From: Paragordius varius
Taxonomy: Eukaryota; Animalia; Nematomorpha
Assembly: GCA_964247055.1 (NCBI GenBank)
Contig: OZ176055.1
Location: 8,742,001-8,806,000, forward strand
Length of the DNA: 64,000 bases
Direction of reading: 5' to 3'
Position 1 is the first letter of the stretch. Every line of letters begins with the position of its first letter. This document shows, one piece after another, positions 40,086-51,999 of this stretch. The notes under the pieces are model-generated. The model had not been told where the DNA came from. It made no database searches and worked only from the letters and a program-made list of their open reading frames with translations. The translations under genes and the position numbers were made by a program.

Positions 40086-40886
40086 CCATTTACAGTTCAA
40101 ATTAACCCTTTAACAATTCAAATTCACCCTGAAAATAAATTATGTTTTTGGGCTAATTTAACTCATCATTATAATGAAATATATCTTTATGGCATAGTTT
40201 ATTATTTTTTCAGTATTAAATTAATTTTAGACAAAATTAAAAAATATAAGTAATTTTTAATCTTAAAAAATAAATTATTTTAGGGTGAAATTGAATCATA
40301 AATGGTACATTAAAATTGTAATATGTGATTATGTAGAAAAAATCAAAATTGAAAAAAGTATGGCGGTTTTTATAGAAAAAAATAATCTTTAATATTCATA
40401 ATTTTATTTTTCATTGTAATAGTTATTTGAAAAAAAAGTAATTTAGGTTATTTATGTATAAATATTATAAAAACTTGTTCAGGGTCTGTTTGAAACCGTT
40501 CATACAAGGCATACAAAGGTTCGGTATGGAAGTTCTAGAAAAAAATTAAACTAAAAGTAGAAATTGAGAATTTTGGAGGGCGGACAAGTATAAAAGTATA
40601 TAAAAATTCTTAGGATTTTAATTAGACTGAAAAAAAAATAGTTTACATATTCCTCATTAGATAATGAGATTGATGGAGCCCGGGATTTAGTAAGTTTGTG
40701 GGAGAAAAGACTTAATATTTTATCCTTGATTTTTTCGCCCGTCTTGACATTCTGTTTGATCTTTTTGATAGAAGCCCTTTTCAATTCCTGCGTACGAATA
40801 GATATAGGCGAAGCGGCGCGTTCAATTAAGGAATTATTCCTGAGGGATTTCTTAACTTCCTCAGAATCTAAGTTAATTTGTGGCAT
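28978..40886 (-). CDS. Divergent P2C-type (Na,K/H,K family) ATPase alpha subunit, 19 exons, ~1092 aa
   Basis: Exons: 40886-40647, 40534-40475, 39480-39274, 37976-37863, 37710-37576, 36657-36540, 36190-35922, 35496-35298, 33866-33622, 33370-32960, 32643-32519, 32056-31776, 31215-31114, 30904-30750, 30512-30421, 30356-30182, 29997-29867, 29506-29408, 29098-28978. All GT-AG and phase-consistent. Motifs [43 protein letters not shown] and C-terminal ETYY. Confidence 0.94.
31217..31236. repeat. (TA)10 microsatellite abutting a splice acceptor
   Basis: On the minus strand it reads TATATATATATATATATATAG|GAATTGCAATG (exon 13 of the ATPase). Confidence 0.9.
33890..34933. repeat. Intronic tandem array of five ~195-222-bp units
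   Basis: TTATATG(T)TTGTATGC recurs at ~33890, 34091, 34307, 34502 and 34724. ATTGATTGTGTAGTCTAAT and TTGGAATTTTAATTAAAC occur in every unit. Confidence 0.92.
37201..37470. mobile_element. Foldback-like MITE family B (arms of ~20-bp AACAATTCAAATTCACCCT units), copy in ATPase intron
   Basis: Left arm CATTTACAATTC...AATTCAAATTCACC, right arm GGGTGAATTTGAACTGTAAATGGTATA. The core is the reverse complement of the core in the 40.1-kb copy. Confidence 0.75.
38151..38204. repeat. Perfect 27-bp tandem duplication
   Basis: TTATGGTAATTATTCATTAAAACAATA x2. Confidence 0.9.
40058..40085. repeat. (TA)14 microsatellite at the left end of a family B MITE
   Basis: Direct reading. Confidence 0.9.
40082..40310. 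mobile_element. Foldback-like MITE family B copy
   Basis: ATACCATTTACAGTTC...AACAATTCAAATTCACCCTG at the left; TAGGGTGAAATTGAATCATAAATGGTAC at the right. Confidence 0.75.
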
Positions 40887-42661
40887 TTGTTTAAGTTTTA
40901 TTATACAGGCATGATGATATAAATTATGTTGAAATAGCACAATGGCTTAGTTATAACTTTTTTTTACGATTAAAATTGTATATACTAATATATCAAACGT
41001 TCAGTTTTGAGTATTTAAATTTTTTGTTGTTTTGTTTATCATCATAGACAAATAGTAGATGATACTTTAAAGGTGTGAAATAATAAATAATTCATTTAGC
41101 CATATATTACATATGATAAAACCACAAAATTTTTTAAAAATGGAAAAAATTATAAAATATTTATTTTATTTATAGTATAAATTAATAGTAATTTATTTAC
41201 ATTAAAAGAAAGATATAAAAAATTATACACCCCTATGCATATTTATAGGCGCGCGCGTTATGTTACTATGTTACAAAGGGAAATCATGTATTAAAGAAAT
41301 AAAAATTATATATGCAAAATAGATAAAAACAAACAAAAGTATGCATAAATCAATAAAAATAAATAAATATAAATAAACCAATATAGAAAATTTTAAAAAA
41401 AAATTTAAAATTTTAGTAAATAAGTCTGTATTTATATTCAATTTCAATAGTTTTAAGACATTTGCCTTCAAGCTATATATCCTTGAGGTTAAAGGTGCGA
41501 TACTTTTTTTAAATATAATTTGGATTGTTGCCGATATTAGATATGCATTAAAGGTTTTTGCATAAATTATTGATAAGTCAAGGTTATATCAGTATTTTTA
41601 ATTGTATTTATGTTTTAACTTTCTATTTATTATACTATATTTCAAAGCACCACTTTTTATGTTTAAATATATCCGCTGAATTCGTTTAATTCGAATTATA
41701 TTACCTCAAACCTTTGTATCGCCAATATTTTAATGTTTTTTAAATGCCTTTTACACCGACCGTTTTCTTGAACTGTTTGATAATTTTATAGGTAGTAAAA
41801 AGTAAAAATTATAGTGAAACATTTTTATGCGGAATGAATTAAAATGTTTATCATTGGCTGTATCGAATGCGAGATACTGGTTTTCTTTTGCACAAAACGG
41901 TAATGAAATAATCGTAAATAGTTTTTAGCTATTTTTTAGAGAATGAATAAAAACTTTTTTCACAAATATGGTTTTTCTAACCCTTTTTAAAATCTTTTGA
42001 TTATATTTTTTGTATTACTGGGATTGTGAATAATTAAGTTTTGAGTATGGCTTTTCTATGTTTTAATTAGAAAGAAATTTCTTGCCGTTCATTCAATTAC
42101 TTCAATTTAATAATATGGATATTCATTTAATCAATGTGCTACAGAGCTTAACCTAATTTTCCTTTAATAAAGCTTAAATTTAACTACACCTAGGGGTAAA
42201 AACTGACAGATGAAAAATGGCGAGTTCTGAATTACAAAAGTTTAATATTTATTATAAGAATTGCATAATGTAACGAAGCCGAATTAGCCCTAGGATTAAA
42301 CAGCGACATTGGCTTTCAAAATTGTTTTATAAAATGCAGTATACGATTACACTTAGGTTTATGCACCCCTTATAAATACAATTTAAAGATTGGGTCTATA
42401 AGACAATATTCTGAAGGAGTAATAAAATTTAAGTTAGGATAAAAAATATATTTAAAGACGGCCGTAAACCGGGAAAACATAATTATGTAGAGAATTTATA
42501 AATCGGTTGATTATTATTATAGACAATTTTAACTAAGGGCGTTCAGCCTCATTATATACATAGTGTCAAAACTATTACCAGCCGTCAAAAAATTAAATTA
42601 CAAGTTAGTCAGAGATATGTAAAATAGAAAAAATAAAAAACGTTTATTATTTTATATATAA

Positions 42662-44369
42662 CTAGCTGGCCCTGTCAGGCTTCGCTGTGACCGTAGTCTC
42701 ATCGGTAATTATTCTTAATAATTTGCATAATGGAGATAAAAAAATATTGAAAAACAACTTTAATAAAAAGAATGTCTTTAATTATTCTTTTACGGGTTTT
42801 TGGTTAGGCTCAAATATTGACTACACGAAATTGACCATATTAAAACTGTCCCTTATTAAAGTTAATACTATCATTGGATATTTAAGATTTTCGTTTTACG
42901 AAATCATGGTTAAAGTTTTATTTTGAATATTCACACAGCTGGGATCAAGGGAGATAAAAAGTAAATCATTTGTGGTCCCTTTTTAAAGGTCCCAGAAATG
43001 TACTGAACTCGTATGGCTTCTAATTTTTTCTGAAAATTAGCTACATAACCACGCCATTTTTGTATGGCGTCTCAGTTTTAAACCGGTTGACCCCTGCCCA
43101 TAGACCTATATGGAAAAAGCGCTGAGTTAAATTCTTTGCCTTTCTAGGGCAAATATTTGGAATCATTTTTCATACCATCGTCTCATGGGTTATTCAAAAA
43201 AATACATTAACACTAAATAATTGTTATTGATGGCGTATTTTTAGGGCATAAAGGCCCCAAATTAACGGCTAATAAATAAAAACGCCTGACCTTAATTTTT
43301 ACCTAGTTACGGGTAATATTTCAAGCTTTTAATGAGCACATATAGCTTTATTAATTTTCTGTAAATTAGCTCCAAAACAACGAAATTTCTATATAATGGC
43401 GCAGTTTTTGGCGGGTAGCTCCTTACCCAGGGGCAGGTACAAAAAAAGCGTTGGGCAAAATTTTTGCCTTTATATGGGGAATATATGAAATTATCATGGA
43501 TTCCATATGTTTCTATTAGATTCATAGGTTTTCTGTTTGACTCTAAAAGCATGCTGTATCGATATGGTGACGCAGTTTTACGCGGGTAGCTCCCTAACCA
43601 GGGGAGAAACAAAAAAACACTCGATTAAATTTTTTGCCTTAATTGGGGTAATAATTGGAATCATTATTGATTCCATATGTTCTTGTGGGATTTTCGAAAA
43701 ATTGCCTCAAAACCAAAAAGTCATTCTATGGTGGCGCATTTTTCAGGGCAAGGGCCTAATTAACGGCTAATTTTAAAAAACCGCACGACCTAATTTTTGC
43801 CTTGTTACGAGTATTATTGTAAGCAGCTATGGAACTCATATGGCATGATAGGTTTTCTGAAATTTAGCCCCAAAGGCACGCTATTTCGACATGACGGGGC
43901 AGTTTTCAACGGGTACCTGTTTACCCAGCAGTCAATATAAAAAAACGTCTACTAAAATTTTTATCTAACAGGGAACACTTGTAATCCTCATTGAATTTTT
44001 ACGGTCTCATACCTTGGGCGAAAAATAGATTCACAAAATTATTTTTGTGGACTTGGTTTTTTAGAAAAAAATGGCATTTTACGGGGGAGGGGTAAAAAGA
44101 GGACCTAAATAAAAATAGCGAGCCGACTTGTTCGGCGTAATCAAAAAAAAGTAAATAAAAATATTTAAAATCGAATGGTCCAAACACGTTTTCTGGAAAA
44201 TTGCCTCAAAGACACGGTTTTAGAATTATTATACAATTTGAAAAAAGGTTGAAGCTATTGTTGAGGCATTATTAATGATTATATTTTTTCGACATTTGGA
44301 TTTGAATGGGTTTACCGGTTTTCAGGAAACAGACAAAGCCACCACTTTTCATTTTTATAAATATTTAGA
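42662..44369 (-). mobile_element. Complete non-autonomous Helitron-like element, copy 2 (~1.7 kb), with about four internal subrepeats
   Basis: 5' A|TCTAAATATTTATAAAAATG at 44369. 3' imperfect GC-rich hairpin followed by CAGCTAG|T at 42662. A|T insertion site, no TSD. Colinear with 13050-14814. Confidence 0.85.
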
Positions 44370-45755
44370 TTCTTATACTCATCTAAAATATGATGTAAAA
44401 TTTCCGAGGAATCTTGCCTTATTATTAATAATAATATATGTGAGATTAGATACAAGATGTTCTGAAATCAGAGACTGAGTTTGACTGCGCTAGGAGGCAT
44501 AATATACCGAAAAGCGAAAATTTAAAACATTTTTTCATCTCGTTGATGTAAAAGTTTGTGATTACTTTTGATTTACTATTAGAATGATATAAAAAAACAT
44601 CAGTTATACCATGTCGCGTTTCGCTATTAATATAGATAACTATGGTTAGGCATTTCATGGATAAAAAATTAATTTGAACGCTTATAAATGCAATAATTAA
44701 CGGTTATCAGGCAATTCATACCACAAATTCCAATACATTTGCATTGAAGAAACTTAATTAATCAATTGAATTTCTTTAATAATGTTTACAACCTTTGATT
44801 ATTAACATAAGGTAAGATTGTAAAATTTCACACATTTTATTACAGTAAATTTAAGTTTTATACCATACTCGACATATAATTTTTACGTGATAAACATAAT
44901 TATTTGACTAGGTTAAGTTTAAAACCGGTCTGTTACAACCCATCATACCCAACCCTATATATCACCTCTTATTTTTATTCTATTCTCATATTGTTTGAAA
45001 AAGATACAGTTTTTATGATTTGTTTTTTTTTCCGTTCAAATGATAAGGTATTTATATCCTGCGTAAATACCCCCCTGACCAAAAGCAAGTCTTTAATCTT
45101 AATCAAAATCCTTATTAGTGAGTGTACAATATGTATATATTTTCATGTTTTGCGGTTGTAGGTATCTTTAATAACAATTATCGTTTCTCAAGTCTATAAT
45201 TAATTTTGCCATGTTTTATGGGGACAGCTTGCAATATAATTTTTCAATCTAATTTATAATGTTGCATATTTTTTAAAATATTTTTATCCTATCTCTACGT
45301 TCAATATGTCCCAACCAACTTAGTCTTTTGGTTTGGTTGGGATAATTGAAAGATGTGCAGGAAATAACTCTTTAATTTATAGATATTTGATCTTGCTGTA
45401 AACTGCATTTATAGCCCAATTTTAAAACATAAATGTCGGAATAATCCCCCTGATGACAATAGACAGGAGGCAACTGTAAAATTTCCTTTATTATACTGAA
45501 AAAATGATATTTAATTTGCTTTGCCCAATATGGTATATTATCAATATCATAAATAATCTTTTCATAATTATTTAGTTTTTTTCCGTATGAAAAAACAAGA
45601 CAAGAAAAGAATTATATAACTCAGGAAAATTGACATTTATTGCCATATTTGACAAAAAGCAAACATACAAACACATTTATTTTAAAGCGCACCATTACAT
45701 TACATTATTTTGAGCACATATAAAAACCATATAAATATTTCGATTATTATAATTT

Positions 45756-48700
45756 TTAAATTAAAATTTTTCTGACATCAATCATAGATTCAGTAAACAA
45801 TTTAGCCAATTGAATATTGGAATTTTGACGTGATTCTCGACTCACCAATGTATTGCAAAGTGAAATGGCGTAATTTATGCATGTTTTGTCAGGGTTGTAA
45901 CAAAACCCATAACTTTTTCCATCATTGATTTGGAGTGGTCCGTAAAACATGTAGGAATCATAAGGGTTAGATATCTAATACGTGCAGTTTTTAAATTATT
46001 AATAAAAGGTTAAAAACTAATGCTTTTTCCCACAAAGAAAACGCTATTATTTACCATATAATTTTTTATGGTTACAAATGAATAAGCTTGTTTTAACTTT
46101 ATTCCTTATTTTGCAACTCAAAACAATAGGGTATAACATTCCAAAATATATTTCTTATTTAAAAAACTTATCCTTTCTTTTATATGTTTTGTCATTTTTT
46201 ATTATATGGGAAATAGAATATCAATATTTCTGATAAAATATAGATATAAATCATGCAATACACTCCAAAATAAATACAAAACCAATTTAGTTAATTTACG
46301 AACGAAAAAAACAGATCATTCTATAAAATCCGCTTTATGACTAATCAGTGTTTAAAAATTACAAACTGATTTTTCTTTTTGTTAAGCATCGCAAATATAA
46401 ATTTAAACGCCTTTAAATCCAAAAAAATGTAGAATTAACAAAAAGTATTTCGATTTAACTAACTTGACTCGTGGACAATGAAAAATAGGTGCTTTTAATC
46501 CATAAAGGATCTTTCAATAACTCAAGAAAGTCGCCATTTTGATATTTTTCTGCAATTTTTCTAAGACCCAGTATATGACGATCTATACCTTCACCGTTCA
46601 TGGCCTACATATATAATATATATATAAAGTAAAAATTGATATTATACGGACAAAACGTAAAAATATAAGGACAAATATTTTTTCTAAAAGACAACCATAC
46701 TTTTTAAATTTTGTTTGCTTGAATGTAAATCATTATTTAAAATTGCAAAATTTAAAATAGAGATGTATTATATTATCACAATTATAATATTTTACAATTG
46801 TAGTCAAATAAAATATGGATGTTTTTTTAAAAAAATATATGTCTAAGTTTTTACATATTGTCTTTGATTAAATTTATTTTATTCACAGATCAGAAACATG
46901 GGCACTGACAAACACGCTCAACACTAAATTACTTTAGACAGAACATAGACTTTTAAATATAATCATTATATTTTCACTATGCCAAACAATTTAATTAACC
47001 CACACAGTGTAGAAAATAAAATCAATAGCCAATATCATCCAAACAGTTAAGTTTTAAGATGGGCGCGTCAAATATATCGTAGAAATCCGCTCAACATACT
47101 AAAAAAACCATGTTTTACATTACAAAGTGTGGACCCCGCACTTAAAGACCTATAAAACAACATACCTCCTGCAAACAATTCATAAGAATATGCTTGCTCA
47201 ACACAAATTAGACATAGACTTTCTTAGCTTAGCTTATAATAGAACGTTATGGAGAAAACAACTACAAGAGACGTTCTTTTGGGACAAAATTTCTTAAATG
47301 AACCAAATAACAGACAAAACGTATTAGTTAGATGCTTTGAATTCCCTTTTTTTGTGTGAATATAATTTTTGTAATTTCGTTTTTGTGATGTATACAATTT
47401 ATTGTCACATGTTTATTTAATGACTGATAGATTTTGTATTTAAGATTATTACATGAGTTAAAAGGCTTATATATCATACCAATATATCCAATATCGATAT
47501 AAAATTGAAAGTGCACACATATTTAAGATAAGTTTTAGCAAAAATTTTTTTTGCATTTTTTGTCCGAAAAAATATTTTGGAATCAAATGTCGCGATAAAA
47601 TAAATAAAGTTTAACCGTATAGTAAAAAAATAAGTTTATATACTTCTTTAGTAAGGCGTGAATGTTTAGTCATAGCTTCCAAAGCAAGGTTCCTTAAATT
47701 TTCTTTACCCGTGTTATCTATTTCAAATGAGAGAGTTTAGAAATTCAATAAAATTAAAACCGCAAAAATTTCAATTTTAAACAACAATTACATTAATAGA
47801 CCAATAGTTTTTGTAAATATGGATCATGTTTTGATTTTACATATGCTGAATTTGTTACCAATTTACAACTCTACGGCTTTTCCAAAAACACGATAGATTA
47901 TATCAAGAATAAATTAGGGTTTAAAAATCATGGTTTTCTTTACACAAAAAATATCAGCATTTTATTACTTGTTATATATTGTATTTCCTTAATTTCAATT
48001 TTTAACAAAATAAAAAAAATGTTTGTCTTTACCTTTATCTATATTAGAAGCGTTTAAAATAAATTGGCGACAAAAATTAAGTGTTTCAGGCGTGCATGAA
48101 CGAATAGTTTCAGTTCGACCCTTAATAAATTTTCTAGTTGATGCGGACTCATAAGTGGCACAACACTCTTTATGTAATCTAATTTTGTAAATGAAATATT
48201 AGAAATATTAAATAATTTAAAAAATATATATTAAAATATCAATCATCTATTAGTTTGACAACTAATATAAATTATATTAAAAATCATAATCCTATATATA
48301 AAATGTAAAAATTGAAGACAATATATTTTTGAAAAGACAATTTATACCTTAAGAACATTGTTTTTACAAAAATGCAAAATAGGGAATAGAGAAGCACATT
48401 GGCAACACAATAAATTATATAATTCACTTTGTTATAATAAAGTTTAAATAAAAGAAATTAAATTATCATTTGGTTTTACGTTTTTCTGTATATTTATTTA
48501 AAAATTTAATTTTTTATATATACCACAAATTTTAAAAAGTAAAAATTAATTTTTATAAAAATCCAACCGTAAATATATTTAATATTAAGGTTCCACAAAA
48601 AGTATTTTTTTTAATGGCATTTTTATGCCCGAACAATGATAGTTGGTCATATTTTTGAGCTTTAAAATATTATTTTTTCTAAAAAAATCAAGTTTATAAG

Positions 48701-51700
48701 TTACGCAAAAAATTACCGAAAATATGCCAATTGTAAGGCTAATTGTATAAATGCATCAGGACTTACACTAAGTTGTTTGATTTGTGCAGTACCAAAATCC
48801 TCAAATTTGTATAAACAAAGTTGCAAACTATCGATATAACTATGACAATAGTAAGGACATACATTATACTTTTTATGTGATCACTCTTTATAATTTTATG
48901 TTTTAATAATTACGTATTAGTATATCAATTATTACATTCGTTTTTTCTTATTATTTTTTATCCATTGAAAATGATAGTATTATATGTATCAAAAATTTTG
49001 AATATAATATAAAATTTCTAAAAATTTCAGAGAATTCAAATTCATATCACCTGAAACAAATTGAAAGAGTTTTTTGATATATTTTAGCTTCACTAATTAT
49101 AAATGCAGCTTTCAATAAAAAAAAGTACCAAATCCAAAAATCGATTTTTATATTAAAAATAAATTAGAAAAAACTATTTGAATGACAAAAATAGCAAAAG
49201 TATACTCATCAATCCATTCACTAGTTTTTTCTATCGCGTCATAATGGTCTCTTGTAAGGTTCGAAAAAGTTAGTAATTTTGGTGGGCTATACGATGATGA
49301 ATTAATAAATTTTTTTTCATTTTCGGCTTTTGATTGACTAAAAAGCGTGTAGATTTTTAAAAAAAAATTAAAATAATCAGATAATAACTTTAAAGCCATA
49401 AATCAAACAGAACTTGTACTGTAAATTTTTCCAATTTTTATATATATTATATATTTTTTTATAACAAAATCCTAGTTTTTGGGATATAACCATTAAAAGT
49501 TGCATTTACCTATCCACAAAAGAGTATTGGTTATCATTTTCTAATTATTTTATAATTATCCGTAAAAATTAAAGAAAATATAGAAATAATTAACTGTAAA
49601 TGATTAAAATCGATTGTAATATTTCTTTCGGGATAATTTTGAATGAGATAATATATATAGTCTTACATATATTGAGTAATGTAGCTTAATAAGGAAAAAT
49701 AGGGACCGCCTTCGGCCACAGTATGTTCGTAATTTATACCAATTTTGCCTGATGTTCGATCCATTATAACCTGAAAATATTTGTGAAATTAAATTATTTT
49801 TTTAAAATAATAAACCATTTACAATTCAAATTCACCCTCGAACAATTCGAATTCACCCTAGAACAATTCATATTCACCCTAAAAATAAATTATGTGTTTT
49901 CGGGCTTATATAACTCATCATTAATATGAATATAACATAGTTTATTGTTTCAATATTATTTTAATTTTTAATAAACACATAAATTATTTTAGGGTGAATT
50001 TGAATTGTTTAAGGATGAATTAAGTGTAAATGATATATATGATTATATAAAATATTTTAATTAATTATATTTCATTAATGGTTTATTAATATTAATAAAC
50101 TTCCTCGTAAAATTTATAATGATTGCTATAAATATTTTTTACAGTAAAAATTGAAATTATACAGGCATATACATATAAAGACAAAAAATTTGTTCAAAAG
50201 ACAACCATACTTTTTTAACCCTTAATTTATCCTTCATTAAAATACAATCGTAAAATACATTAATTGTGTTACCAATTTACATCTCTATTTTATTATTTGC
50301 AGTTTAAAACAATCAGGTTTAATAATCAAGATTTAAAAGTATAGTTGTCTTTAAGAAAAAAATATTTGTCTTTATATAGTAATGTTTTGTCCGTATAATT
50401 TCAATTTTTACTGTGTATATTTCAATTTATAATTTATCGAAAAATTTGATATTAGCTGCTTCGAGAAAGAATTGTTATGTTTTCAAAAAAATTTATTCTA
50501 TATTTTTGTGTATTCTAGTTCTAACCCTAGGAACTTAACATACCCCAAATAATTTGTTTTTATTTTCATTATTATTTTTGATGGAGCATATTTTTTTACA
50601 CTACAAAAAAATATTAGTTTTATAAAACTTAAACTTTTTCAATCCATTCGATTTATCTATAAAAATACCACAATAAAAATTTTTTAAAATCTTTTAACAA
50701 GAATCTAAATTATAGTAATGTTGTATAAAATAATTCACATTCCCTTAAATAACTAAACTAAACTTTAAAAATATTTAAAAAAAATATAGAAAACGTCTAC
50801 TTTTGTGAAAAATTTTAAGTTTATAAAACTTAAACAATTTCAATTTATTCTAATACCCAAAATAAAAAAATATTAAAATCTTTAAACAAGTATCTAAATT
50901 TCTACAGTAATGTTGTATTAAACATCCATTTTGATATATAATTCACATTATTCCCTTAAATAACTAAACTAAACTTTAAACTCTAAAAAAATCTTTTGGA
51001 ATCCTAAAAAATCTTAAAAATTTCTACCTGTAATGTTTTATCAAACCATCGATTCCCTGTATTCCATTTACTTCCATTCCCATGCAATATATTATTTGCA
51101 ACAAAATTTTGATTATCATCGGTATTAGAGTTTGGTGTTTGTTGATCCAAGCATAAAATACATAAGGAATTACAAATTACGTGGCAAATTTCTTTATTTA
51201 TTACATCTGTTTAAAATTATCGTTATAATACACTATTTACACCTTAAATTCACCCTTGAACAATTCAAATACTTGAACAATTCAAATCCTCAAATAATTT
51301 AAATTCACCCTCGAACAATTCGAAATCCTTAAACAATTCAAATATACCATTTACACCTCAAATTCACCCTAGAACAATTCAAAATCACCCTAGAACAATT
51401 TAAATTCATCCTTAAACACTTCAAATATACCATTTACGTCTAAAATTCACCCTCGAACAATTCAAATTTACCCTTGAACAATTTAATTCATCCTTGAACA
51501 ATTTAAATTTACCCTAGAACAATTATTTACCCCAAAAATAAATTGGGTGAATTTTGGCTAATATAACCCATTAATATGCATTATTTTTGTATAGTTTAGT
51601 AAATTTTCAGTATTATGTTAATTTTAAACGAAATTTTATTTTTTATATATATAAAAAAAATATATATGTTATTTTTTTACTCAATTACACATAATTTATT

Positions 51701-51962
51701 TTAGTGTGAATTTGATTTGTTTAAAGGTGAATTTGAGTTTTCGAGAAAAATTATAGCATTTATTATTATATAAATATAGAGCCGCCCCAATTAAAAAATT
51801 GTATTTATACAAATTAAACCATGCAAATTAAGCCTAATTATTAGGGTTGTTTCATATTAGGTTTAGAAACCCCATATATAAACACTATAATATAAGCTCA
51901 TAAAATATAAAATATGGTTGCTATTTCCAAAAAAATGACAACTTCCCTTTGCAAATTTCGTC

Positions 51963-51999
<37 letters not shown>

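Noticed and set aside
43307-43770. ORFs inside the Helitron subrepeats (also 14016-14198 and 14525-14734)
   Set aside because: Frames are not preserved between the two copies and no protein motif is present.
51240-51530. Regular ~20-bp repeats resembling a CRISPR array
   Set aside because: No unique spacers, degenerate units, eukaryotic intron context and no cas genes; this is a foldback arm.
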